From Phoronis australis (taxonomy: Eukaryota > Animalia > Phoronida), in assembly GCA_002633005.1 (NCBI GenBank), contig NMRA01000149.1:254192-318191 (forward strand): a stretch of 64,000 nucleotides of DNA. The letters run 5' to 3'. Of the stretch, positions 1 to 11,937 are shown in pieces. The notes beneath the pieces were generated by a model. That model was not told where the DNA came from and made no database searches. It saw nothing but the letters and a program-made list of their open reading frames with translations. Both the position numbers and the translations under genes were made by a program. Within the stretch, counting starts at the first letter, position 1. Each line of letters starts with the position of its first letter.

Positions 1-317
1 GTGCCTACATACCAAATTTCATGAAAATCCGTTCAGGACTTTTGAAGATACAAAGGTAAGCGTAAAAAACTAAAATTGCCACTAGGGGGCACACCGGTAG
101 TCGGATCCGTCCGAAAGTTCGCACATGCCGTCCCATTCATGAATGGAACATATGTGCCAAATTTTATGAACATATGTCAAAGGGTTTTGGAAATAGAGCA
201 GCGGACGCCGGACGCCAGACGCCGGACGCCAGACGCCGGACGCCAGACGCCGGACGTACGGACGGACGGAGATGACGGCATAATGCGTCCACATATACAT
301 ATGTGGGCGCATAAAAA
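1..317 (+). mobile_element. End of a Helentron/HINE (DINE-1-like) non-autonomous element
   Basis: Core 'accaaatttcatgaaaatc', then a (GGACGCC/AGACGCC)n-(GGAC)n microsatellite at ~202-270. A terminal hairpin ATGCGTCCACATAT-AC-ATATGTGGGCGCAT (283-312) is followed by an A-run. Confidence 0.6.
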
Positions 318-1340
318 TAAAAAGCACAGCATTCATGTGCATATCTGCCATACTTTGAAAATAGGCACAAATTAAAATATAGGGGTACGTACACTACACA
401 AATGCTAATATTTCACTAAAAACAAATGAATTGGCAATAAACACTCTTTTAATCTAACATTTTTAAGGAAGGAAACTGTCTATGACCAATGTTGCTCACT
501 TACCAAGTGATATTTTAATTTCATGGCATTTGTAAACATGGGGGTTCGTACACTACAAAAGGGAGTACGAACACTAAATCACTGTTTCGGCATCACATGG
601 TAACATAATGTTGTATGGTCATTCATTTTTCTTTGGTGATAATAAGCACCACATTGTTATTTAAAAGGCAATAATTTCATTTGCAAATGACCATTTGTGT
701 TACTGAATTCCACATGGGGGTACGTTCACTACATTTTGTAAGCCTTTTTGGCCCATTTTCAACATAGCAGAACCCATTTAATATGCAAACTTTTGGTTTG
801 TTTAGATACTGAATAATTTGCTGTGTTGCCTAGGCCGACATATTTTGCAGTTCTTTTTATTACAGAGTGTGAACTTTAGTTTTTAACCTTCTTTACAGTA
901 GGTGAGGGTTAGAAACACAGAATTTACAAATTTCGTAACGAGTGCCTGTTTTATGATGAACTCTAGCATTTCTCAATGATTAAGCACAACTTATCTAATT
1001 GACTCTGAAAGTGACTCAAGTTATTCCCAGTCATATCTAAACAACTGGGAGTAATATAGTCCTAGCTAAACAATTGATTGGTTGACAAATTAATTTCTTT
1101 TCTGCTCTTGACAGTTGAAAATTGTTATTTTTAAAATGGCCACTCGTAACGCTAAAAATGCATGAAATTCATAGACAAAAACATGCATAAATTTCTCAAA
1201 CATTGTCCGATTTTGATGATTCTTTTTTACTGAATTTGCACAACAAAATAACTCTTTGCATAATGAGATTCAGTTGGCATCTGGTAAGTGACCAAAAAAA
1301 TTATTTTAGATCGTAACACAGTCAACTCTCGAATATGGAC
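318..1340. mobile_element. DNA-transposon terminus with subterminal repeats
   Basis: Four copies of a GGG(G/A)-T(A/T)CG(T/A)(A/T)CACTA-like motif (382, 541, 561, 717) and repeated TCGTAAC motifs, ending ...GAATATGGACC. The other end is not in the window. Confidence 0.4.
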
Positions 1341-1359
1341 CTTGATTATGATTCAGCGT

Positions 1360-1589
1360 GTGCGGACCTCTTACTGAAAAATCAACAAGGAATAAAGAAA
1401 ACGGGGCCACTAGGTTCAGGCCTACGGATTGTGCATCCGCGCCGAATTCTTGTGGGCTTTGTGGAATTTTGTCTCATTTACTTGGAATTTTGTTTCGCTG
1501 AGGCAGACCTTTTTCAATTTCAGTTGCCCAATTCGCCAAATTGTGGGGGCTCGGTCGAGCCCTCCAAGCCCCTCCTGGGTGCACCCATG
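1360..1589 (+). mobile_element. hAT-like MITE family copy (others at ~8528-8731 and ~22248-22475)
   Basis: Shared internal sequence (ggacctctt..., gaattc, tgtctcattt...gaggc) and TIR-like ends CATGCGCGCACC / GGGTGCGCGCATG across three dispersed copies. Confidence 0.6.
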
Positions 1590-1986
1590 ATTTGAGGGTT
1601 ATGCCAGCAAAATCGAGCCTGGCATACATTTTTCGTGGATTTAGCACCCCAAAATTAATTAAAATCAATCATCAGATCTGCATTACCCCCCAAATGTCCT
1701 CAAGTCATTTTTTTGCCAAATTGGTTTGGAACCTCCATGACTGCACGCAGGCGACGATGTCGATGGTGGACCAACAAACTCATGCAGTGACTTAGGCAAT
1801 GCATCGCCTGTGGTCCACAGTGTGGATGCCGCGTGGCGTAACACATATAATACAGCACAACCATTTACATCGTTAGACTAAAGTGGGCTTTGACCAGCAC
1901 CGCCGACAACGGCTGAATAAGTGAATGGTTGTCGCTGTGCAGTGACAGCACCTGTAGCCAATGCCGTACAGAATCAAGATACTTAC

Positions 1987-2046
1987 CGAATTTTGAAGAA
2001 TACACAGGTCACATTCCAGGCACTGATCAAGTACAGCGGTTCCACG
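1987..2046 (-). CDS. Candidate 60-nt internal exon of a gene running off the left edge
   Basis: Strong acceptor (tttgttttgttttag) and donor (CG|gtaagt), symmetric length, open in two phases (VEPLYLISAWNVTCVFFKI or RGTAVLDQCLECDLCILQNS). Confidence 0.35.
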
Positions 2047-5000
2047 CTAAAACAAAACAAACTGACAATCAAATCGCAGTTTTTGTCGTCGTTCGTTGTC
2101 TTCTGCCCGTATCTTCTGCCACACAAAACAACATGCCCTGTATCAAAGCGTCCTCTAGTGGATGAACTATAAAATAAATGATGACGTGCTTTGAAGTAAC
2201 TGCTGGTCCAATCAACCATATGTTGTTTAAAACTTTACTTTATGTACTAATTTCTATCAAGTTGGTATGTAACTGGTAATTTTACATAGTCAAAGTAACA
2301 TTCGAGACGACGCAAGTTTTTGCACTTATTAGTTTTCCATAGTAATTTGCACTCGCTGCACCCGGGCCCCGAGAAAAGTCTCAGTAGGCTACAACATGAG
2401 CCTAGGGCTTCTTGTTTGTAATCTAAAATTCTATTTGAGTTCTTGTGAAGCGCGCATTTCATTATTTTCACTCATTCAAAGAATGCCATCATGATGTTTC
2501 AATGTTCACTTCTCCCAAAGTCTGTTGTCGGAGTATTCACAACTGTGAAACTGTTTTGTAAATTTACAGATGGCCACGGTATGAGATCGAATGAAAAAAG
2601 CCAACAGTGAGATCCATTTTGGACCAGCGTGCTCGATACAATCATTAAACAACTAGCCTGTATTTTTCGATAAGAAATAAAAAACACAGTTTAAGACGAG
2701 GTGCCTCGCAAACTGAAAAAAACATCTTAGCGAAATATCCGCTTGCACACTTGTAAAGACCTCTGGTTTTGATAGACTTCATTTCTTGTGAGATGTCTAC
2801 CGTTCATGAGTCTGAAAGGTGGGTCTTTACGTTAGAGTAAAACAAGAAGACAGATGACGCTGTTTCAAAACAACTTTGTAGAACAACATGATGTTTGCTG
2901 TTGGATGGAACCCTATTTCAGTTTTCTCAGTAAAAGGTCAACAATAGCACTCAAAAATTCGCATGCTGTTGTTCTGAGAGCAATCCAGTTTATTAGGCAC
3001 CGCAAAGGTTATGTCTCTCACATCACCAAATCAAGTGCAAACTAAGTGCAAACTAAGTGCAAACTAGGATTTAGGTAGTTATCCACGTAAGCCATTGTTC
3101 GCACAAAAATAGAATAGACAATGCCAAAAATTATTTCGAGTTCGACTTGAGTTAAAAGATTAGAAAACCATGCAGTCACTTCAAGGGTGGCGTATAATTT
3201 CGTATTGCAACCAGCTTACTCCATACATGTCAGCTATCCTGGAATCAAACTTAAAATAACATTGCTCTCACTGAGTGCGTTTCAAGAAATATAAATCTTG
3301 TCACTTTTCTCCAGTCACAGATTGAGCTACTTAAAACGGGTAATGGACACTGTCCTGATGCAACGAGTCAAAAATAAGTTTTTGCAACAGAAGAAATGGC
3401 CTGCATTGAAAACCTTTACGTCGTTTCCTACACGTGGCAAATGGGGAAATTTTTGGACAAAACTGATTCAAAGGTACTAAGACGTAGGCCTACCGTCAAT
3501 AAGCAACATTTGATGCAACCCATTTACTGCTATAAAATCGGTTTTCTTCAGCAGGTTATTTCAAGTCTTGAGAAGAATTGAAAGATCGATATTGCTTCAA
3601 AGTAGGCCGCTAAGTTGCGTGTCACGACGAGTAAGTTTCAATTGCAAAGGAAGTAGGCCTATGTTTGTCAAGGATAATGCTATAGATGTACCGTAACAAT
3701 GCACTTTCAATTCCATCAAAGGAAAATAACGCGATGACGTTGCCTTGAAAGGGTAGATACGCCTGGTGTGACAAAGTTGATGCTAAAAACTCACTAATAT
3801 AAAGAACTAAAATTTACCAATAAAATGTTACTTCCATGAACCACCTTTTCAAATGAGAAACCGGGACTAGTTCGGCCTCTAATATCAGATGTGTCATTCA
3901 TATTGCATTAAATAGGGACAGCCTGTATGATTTTTGCCACGTGTATCAAACACATTCGTTTTATAAACCACGACCGTTTCATGAAAGAAACTAAAAGATA
4001 CTCATTCTGGTGGTGAGTACATGAAGATTTTTTTACGAACGGTTGAAGAAAACATTTGACCGTGCGTGTTCTAAATGTGATTAAATAATCCAACTTATGA
4101 TTTTTTCTTCTTGTCTGTGTTTATTTCATTTGAGCGACAAGGCATTTTTTCATTTGCGACTTGCGTTAATTAATGGTCTCTTACCCAAGAAGTAAGATAG
4201 TGCCGGGTTAACAACGTAGAAGTAGCATGTACTATGGACCCCGCGCTTTTTGTGGCCCGCGCTCAAAGCACTTTTTGAGGCACCAAACCATAACGTATAT
4301 GTTTCAGATGATGCGAAACCGATTTGGAAGGTTTCTGTTGTGGGCCCCACCACTTTCAGCTTGTGTAGGGTCAAGGGTGCGGGGCACCAGTGAGTAAGCG
4401 ATGTTCAAAGAATAATTGTAGGTGTGGGCCGCAGAGTGCTGCTCAAAGCTTCCACACTAAAAACTGCGTCCCGTAATAATGCAGGGATTCACCAAGGCGC
4501 CAGGCATTCTTTCATTTTTTAATCATTCTTCAATTTACAGTTTGGGTTTTTCAAAACACAGAGCATTAAAATGTGCAAAAAAATAAAATATAATTATCTA
4601 TTTGACAAAGACAACATTCTTGGTATTATTATTGGCCCAAGCGCAGGACCTCTGATTAGCGGTGTGTGAATTATCCTGAAATCGTACAATTGGATCAACA
4701 TCTAGTGCACAGTAGAGGCACTGTCTCATGGTGTAGAACCCATCCCAATTGCTTTCTTTCTCAAAAGTGAAAATTAGACTTATTTTGCATTTGCTTTGAG
4801 TATTTGAGTAGGGGCCCCGTGCTTCGACTAATATGTTAAGGGCCCCGGAACTGCTTAATCCGGCACTGATTACATAGGTGTTTTTGTAGCACAAAACATT
4901 AGATGCAAACAGAAACTATCTGCCGAAATTGTATTGTTGTGTGTCACACACACTTCTAAGAACCATATACTGTCCCTTTAACAAAACATTGTCTCCAGAA

Positions 5001-5529
5001 CATAAAGTATTATTTCAACTCCCGAGGCTCTAGCAAGATCCTTATTCTTAGCTAGTGCATGGCGGTACATGGCGGTACAGTCATTCCACAAAGACTACCC
5101 CAACAGACAAAACAACGATTTTAATTCTCGGCTGCAACCATACCGTTCTCCTGTGCGTGCGTGTGTTTCACATTGTGGCAACCCGCCTGCCGCCGATCCA
5201 ATTACTCGGATAAAGGTGTTGTCCAATTGCGTCTTCTTCCTTACTCGAACATTTTGTTTTGCTTAGGTAATAGCCTTTAGTCGGTACTCTCCGTCATGTT
5301 TACTTTAGATTTTTACGCCTTTTACCGTAAGACCTCGTTTCAACGTTCTCCAGAAGATCGCCCCAGCGTCGTGTGTTCGTCCTGGACAATTTGCTTCGAT
5401 GATGCAGCGAGAGTACTTATTCAATTGCTTTGATTTTTTTCTGCTGTTATAAACCAGGTCTTTCCTAATCTACCTTGTCGTTGCACTGAGGTAGGTTGGC
5501 TTATCCGACGCGCGTAACTGTTCCTGACC

Positions 5530-6766
5530 TCACTGGGAAACTTTAGTTTCGTCATTTGACTTTGGAATTTGGAAGTGATCTACTCTGTTTTTTATAAAAG
5601 TCGACAACCTTTTTCTATGACCAGGTTCTTCTTGTTCCTCTGTGTGGGACTGTCTGCGCTGATTATCAAACTGCAATCTCAGAGAAGACACTCTGTTTTC
5701 AGATATTTTTGTCAAACTAGGGTGTTTCAATGAAAGACTATCACTAGACACACGCTCGATTTTGTTAGCTGTCGTCTTCTGCTGGGTTAAGGGCACCCCG
5801 TGTTCGTCGACAAGTTCCCCGATCAGACTGCCTGATTTTGAAGTTCCGCAGTTGACCATGCTGAAAGGTTCTTTTTTACTGTTGGTGACATGATGTGAGG
5901 TAGACCTCGCAATCCGGCTTTCTCCCATTAGCTTGTCACAATGATGAAACTCATCCCAAAAGTTCACCAGTTCGTCAATAATACTCACGCGCGGTGACTC
6001 GGCCGGAACACTGCTTCTACCTGGTGGGTGACCATCCGCTCGAGATTCTCTCTGTGCACTTGTAAATTCTGTCATATTTTCCAGTTGAGTTAACTGCTTT
6101 ATTAGTGAACCAATCGTGTACCGCACAGGACTTCGATCACTGGGTAGAGCTGGGATGTAATTAATGTCTGTCACTACCCTGTCAGTCAATGGCGTTCTCA
6201 CCATATTACGAGACTGTTTTTGCCCAGACTGTTTCCATAGCCGTAATAAGGACGACACATTGCTCCGTTTGCTGTGATCTACAGCAGGGGATGCCACGAA
6301 GTGTAGAGCCTTTGCAGATTTTTTTGACGAGGACGAAAGCCGTGATACTTGAGAGATGCCAAAGTTAGAACTTGTTTTGTACGAGTGGAGATATCGTTGT
6401 TTAGTTGTCGGGCTGCCTTTCTGAACTTCGTCGAAAAGAGTGGGTCGTTCGATGTTTTTATGTGTGCCGGTCGCTAAATCGCTTGGAACAGAAAAATTAA
6501 CTGGCTCTGATTTAAAATCTTTAACTTCGTCGCCGGCGACACCATTTCCAGTGCCTTCATCACCTGGAAGAACAGTCTTACAAAATCTATTTGATGCTGA
6601 AGAGGAGCGGTTTTCTTTGAAGCGGACTGGCGACGGAGTGCGGACAATTTCAGCAGTCTGGCTTGGTTTAGCATGACGGTTCGTAGAGGATCCGTAGTGA
6701 AGAGAGCGACTAGCCAGTGGTACCGGCCATTCTCTGCTCCACTTTGCTTTATCCATTCGGCGACCT
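5530..6766 (-). CDS. Large exon encoding a Ser/Arg/Lys-rich disordered protein region (~410 aa), function unknown
   Basis: 1.3-kb stop-free ORF. Acceptor tgttacag immediately 5' of 6766, ATG at 6756 (MDKAK...). No globular domain recognised. Confidence 0.65.
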
Positions 6767-7150
6767 CTGTAACACATAATGTAGCAGTTTACAAAAGAGG
6801 CCTTGCAATGTTTGATTCTCAAAAAGAAACCAACAGCCAAATCGTGAACAGTGGACCTAATATCACATCCTCAAGAATAGAAATTCACACAAAGATACTT
6901 CAAAAATAATATTCTAGTTCATTAGGTTTTTTTAATCCATAGAGTAACGCCAATGCTTAGGCACTCGCTGATAATACAAGCAAGACTTTATTGGGAAGGG
7001 ACAACTACTTTCGGGTATTTTAACGTGCCTTAGAATGTGATTTAAAAACGAATTATTCACGTTTTCAGTAACCTAAACAGTCTAATATCAAATTGAAATA
7101 TTGACCTGAGGATGACAAACAATAGTGGCGCTTTGAATGCGACATTTTAC

Positions 7151-7215
7151 CTGGACACATAAACATCAGTCCCTAAGTACCCTTGGGATATACGTCTGTG
7201 AGACTGTGAAAACAT
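7151..7215 (-). CDS. Possible first coding exon of the 5530-6766 gene (MFSQSHRRISQGYLGTDVYVSR)
   Basis: ATG at 7215 and donor AG|gtaaaa at 7151/7150. Phase 2 matches the acceptor at 6766. Confidence 0.35.
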
Positions 7216-7462
7216 CGGACAAGCAACACATTCGAAAACTTCCTCTTCACCGAGACAATAGACTTGTTTTACAATACACTCACTTACACTACTGTGCCCC
7301 ATAAATTGAAACATTTTTATTTCAAATAGTCACACAGCCCAGCTTTTATGAGAAATTAGACACTGCGTACACCAGGCTCTGTTTCGTCAGTGAAAATGAC
7401 TTAGTCTTAGAATTCAAATTTGGTCTTATGCTAACACTTCACAATTCCTATAAAATTGTTAA

Positions 7463-7953
7463 AGGCGAAGGCAACCTTTTTCCATGTCACTTTGAGCTAA
7501 AATAAGGTTGGTCTGTTATCCTAGACATATTTTCCACTTAATTACAGCTTTTTGTAATTTTATAAATTACTCGTCCGCTACTCCGGAAGTGACGTTTTAG
7601 GAGGCAAGCGTTTCCCGCCACTTGGTTTTGCGTTGACNNNNNNNNNNNNNNNNNNNNNNNNNNNNNNNNNNNNNNNNNAGTGTGGCATGTTGACTGACTA
7701 GTAAATGAAAGCAAACGACGACGGAACTTAACACAACCGAGGTAGAACAATGACTGACTCGGCAGCTCTCACAGTCAGACTATATGAAAAGAAATTGGCG
7801 CGAAATGCTTGCCTCCTAAAACGTCACTTTCGGAGTAGCGGACGAGTAATTAATAAAACTACGAAAAGCTGTAATTAAGTGGAAAATATGTCTAGGATAA
7901 CCAACCAACCTTATTTTAGCTCAAAATGACATGGAAAAAGGTTGCCTTCGCCT
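7463..7953. mobile_element. Kolobok-type MITE with ~165-bp TIRs
   Basis: TTAA|AGGCGAAGGCAACCTTTTTCC ... GGAAAAAGGTTGCCTTCGCCT|TTAA, with long imperfect inverted arms. Second copy at 53828-54115. Confidence 0.85.
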
Positions 7954-8842
7954 TTAAGCCCAGTAATCATACCACAGTCAGTGACATAGTTATACAAGTC
8001 ACGGTTCTTCTGCCGATGTACAAACGTACACTTCTTCTAATGGCATTAATTTTTTTCTTCTCAGTAGACCGACATCTTCAATTACTTTCGGAAAAACACG
8101 AAGTCACGTGATCCTTCCTCTTTATTTTTTACTTCAAATTATTTTGGAACTTATTAAACATCATCAGTCCATTCGTACAAATTGTGCAAACATTTTACTC
8201 ATTATGGACAGCGCACAGTCGTTTTTATCGAGGGCAAATTCGAAGAAAGCATTTTTGGTTAGTTTGTGTAGGTCTGTTACATCAGTGGTCACTATTTGAC
8301 TGAAAGGATTGGATATAATAGTGACCATGTCAATGTTACGCCAAATCATCAGCGCAATTTGTTGTTAATGACACTTTACCGGAAGTGATACCTCCATTAT
8401 ATTTCTTATCAGCTTGATGGAAACAGCAGGTTGATTTTTTGTGACGAAAGGCGGGTTTATAGGAGGAGGCTTGCTATTGGAGGGACCGTATGGAATAAAT
8501 TGTCACTTCTTTTTTGCTTTTGCGTTACATGAGCCCACCCAGCCTTCAATATGGGGGGCTCGAATTCCTGACGTTGTGGACCTCTTGGTAACAAAAAAGT
8601 GGGCGGACTAAAAAAAAAACGGGAGCACCACTGTGAATTCCTCGTTTGTGCTTGTTTAGTGTCTCATTTTCTCGGACTTTTTGTTTCTCGGAGGCGGCCC
8701 CCAGAGCCCCCCCCCCCTGGGTGCGCGCATGCGTTGTATTTCCTTTACGGCATTAAGGCTCTGTTTTCAGGGGCGTCCACAAATTTGGTACTGATTTCGA
8801 GACAAGACATTATTCGTTGATTTAAAGGCCGGAAGTTGAAAT

Positions 8843-9036
8843 TCAGTGAAAACGAAACTTGTGATTATACTGGCTCGGTAGCCATAAGCACCTCCACTGA
8901 CAACAAATAATGAACATCCCGAGGCCGAAGACGGTCACACAGACTGCGAGAGACCCTGCCATGATTTTGTAGGCCACAAGTGTTGAGCGGGGAACAACAA
9001 CCAGGACGGGTGGAGTCGTAGCGTTCACTTGAGTGT
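8843..9036 (-). CDS. Ig-Ig-EGF gene, last exon: stalk, transmembrane helix, short cytoplasmic tail
   Basis: ttttcag acceptor, phase 1 matching the EGF exon donor. Reads DTQVNATTPPVLVVVPRSTLVAYK-IMAGSLAVCVTVFGLGMFIICC-QWRCLWLPSQYNHKFRFH*. Confidence 0.8.
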
Positions 9037-9834
9037 CTGAAAATATATGTCCAAGAAAGCATCACCTAAGGTCCAATGTCGAATGAAGCAATCGAAGCGG
9101 GACCTGTAGATAAGTCGAAGCGCGGTACCCTTACTCAAATGCTCATACAACCATTATCACAGATGAAAATCAAAATAGGTGCAATTTTCAGAAGGAAAGT
9201 TTCTACATGACGATACAGTGTGTCTACTAGGCAACGCATCGATTTCTGAGGGAGTTCACACTCGCTAATCTGGGGCCTTGCGATTGTGTCAGCACTGCTG
9301 CAGTGCTGACACCTATTATTCTTGAACTGGGACCCCGCACTCTTCACGTGACCCTATACATGGTTACAGGTCGCCTCTAAAACTGCTGTGAGCGCGGACC
9401 CCAAAAAGCGCGGGGCCCGGCGTAGCATACGCTACCCTGCTGCGTTGTAAGGTCATCACGAACCGGACATAACGAAGATGGGATCGTAATCCAATGGACG
9501 AAACTTGCCGTAACGCTGCGCTTTATTTGAAAATGAAACTATACAGGTGCCATCACGTTCCTGATTAAAACCACAAACTGACGAAAATGTCTAGGACATG
9601 AGTGAAATTGTTTATGTATATGCATGTCTATAGTTATTTCGGGACTAATGTAAACGGTGACAGGTTCTCTTATAATCTGACAGGTGTACGCAGGACATTC
9701 AAAACTGACCTGAATCTAAGTGAGACAAAAGTCCAAGTTTAATTTTTCAGTTTTCTTAAGCATTTTTGACTGTATAGATATCTAGCTTGGAACCCAAGTT
9801 TCAGAAAATCCCAGGTGTAAATCTCATAGTTTAC

Positions 9835-11937
9835 CTGCAGTATGGTCACAATTCTGTCCCGCGTATGATGGTTTGCATGTGCATTCGGCACCGCTGGATG
9901 TTTCTAAACAGACGCTGTTCGCACCACAGTCAATATCTCCGCAGGTAATTTTCTTCTCGCACATTGCGCCCGAGTATTCAGGTGGACACAGGCACCGGAA
10001 ACTCTCGTCAGTAATCGCAATGCAAGTGGCGTTATTGTGACAGACGTTTTCGGTGCAAGGCGTGGTTTCATTGCAGTGAACACCGTGAAAGCCGTCCACA
10101 CATGCGCAAACATACTTATTTACTCCATCAATACAGTATCCCTGCTTACATGGCGAGCTGAGACACTCGTCGTGGTTCATTTCGCAGTGTGCTCCTTGGA
10201 ATCCAGGCTGACACAAGCAAGAATAGTCACCATCAACACCTGATACCATACATGTTCCATTATTTTTACATAGATTTACTGAACAGTGTTCGTATTCACA
10301 ATGTTCTCCCGAAAATCGACTTTGACAGGTGCATATATAACCATATCCGGTTGGTCTGCAACGGCCGCCATTTTGGCAAGGTGTACTCGCACAGATATCT
10401 CTTGACAACTCGCAGTGATCTCCGAATTTGTTCGGCGGGCACGAACATTCGTAACCGTGCATAGTACTGAAACAAGTTTGTTCAGAGCTGCAAGGAGAAC
10501 TAACGCAATAATCTGTTTTATACTCACAATGGCGCCCAACAAATGGCTTTGGACAGACGCAGTAATACCCATTAACTTTATCTCGACAAATACCAGAATT
10601 TTTACACGGATAACTATGACACTCATTAACATCAGTGTTACAATATGCTCCGGTAAAACCAACGGGGCATATACACTGAAATGAGTTCATACCGTCAATG
10701 CACCTTCCTTGGTTATTACAAGGTCTTGACAAGCACTCGTCAATGTCGTGTTGACAGTTTCGCCCTTTGAACCCAACTTGGCAATTACAAGTGTAGCCGT
10801 TGTGAACGTCCTTGCACACAGCCCCGTGTTTACAAGGATTGCTCGAGCATTCGTCTATGTCACGTTCACACAGTTTTCCGGTGAAACCGGAAAGACAGGT
10901 GCACGTGATGCCGTCCATGCCCTGCCTGCAGCGGCCGCCGTTTTTACAGTAGTCCGACGTGCACATGTTGATTAGCAGCTCGCACATTTGGCCCTTGAAG
11001 TTGTGGCTACATTCGCACACGAATTCGTTTATTCCGTCTTCGCATCTTCCACCATTTTTGCAAGGTGAACTTGAACATTCGTCGAAGTTCTGCGAGCAGT
11101 CAGCTCCCATAAACCCCGGCTGGCAGTCACAGCGTATTCCTGAACTAAAAGCGACACATGTGCCGTTGTTGAGACAAGAAGATATCGTGCAGTACCTAAC
11201 GACAGTCTCGCAGTATTTTCCGGTGAAGCCAAGTTGGCAAATACACGCGAATGTTCCTGAGCCGTCTTGGCATGTTGCGCCATTTTGACACGGCTTACTT
11301 CGACACTCATCGGTGTCCAGTTCGCATCTGGCGCCCCTGAATCCAGCTGCGCACGTGCATGAAAAACCGTTTCCAAGGACATTCGTGTGACATGTTCCTC
11401 CGTTTTTGCATGGGTGTGTTTCGCAAACTCTCATCTCGCAGTTGGTCCCCGCGTAGTTTTCGGGACAATCGCAAATATAGCCACCCGCAAAATCTCTGCA
11501 ATTCCCTGCGTTTTGACAAGGCCAACTTAAACATTCGTCAATATCAACACCGCACGTTCTACCGTCAAACCCTTTCATACACAAGCACTGAAATTGAGCA
11601 ACCTTGTCTACGCAAGTCCCATTGTTGCCGCAGGGACGACTTTTGCATTCGTTTATTTCTGTTTCGCACGCCTCCCCGTAGAAACCCTGTTTACACTTAC
11701 ACAAGTACCCATTGTGCCTACGTCGTCTTTGGCAATGGCCGTGGACACATGTTTTGGCACATTTGTATTTCTTGTGTTCGCACTGGCGACCTTGGAAGCC
11801 AGGTTTGCAAAGGCAGTGAGATCCCCGTTTTGTGTCCATCACGCACGTTCCGCCGTGAAAGCAACGCCTATTTGCACAAGTAAATGTTCGATGTGAACGT
11901 CTCACGCGTGTCTTTGCAGCTTGCCGAATTCCATTTC
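9835..11937 (-). CDS. Ig-Ig-EGF gene, 2103-nt exon: RVRR furin site plus 18 tandem Notch/fibropellin-type EGF repeats
   Basis: 18 six-Cys repeats counted, many with the Ca-binding D-I/V-D/N-E-C start. Acceptor ttcattcag, donor G|gtaaac, phase 1-1. Confidence 0.95.

Noticed and set aside
76-394. ORFs with RRTPDA / ASGVWRP repeats
   Set aside because: Translations of the 7-mer microsatellite.
8164-8300. Possible exon (QIVTTDVTDLHKLTK...) linking the TM exon to the Ser-rich ORF
   Set aside because: It requires weak donors and the phases do not chain cleanly. An AATAAA at ~8121-8126 (minus) fits a plain 3' UTR.
10037-11896. Numerous overlapping ORFs of up to 174 aa on both strands
   Set aside because: Shadow frames of the Cys-rich EGF exon, with no independent motifs.
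9824-11905. Calling the EGF ORF Notch, Delta/Jagged, Crumbs or fibropellin
   Set aside because: No LNR/ankyrin, DSL, LamG, CUB or avidin exons were found. The flanking exons are Ig and TM.
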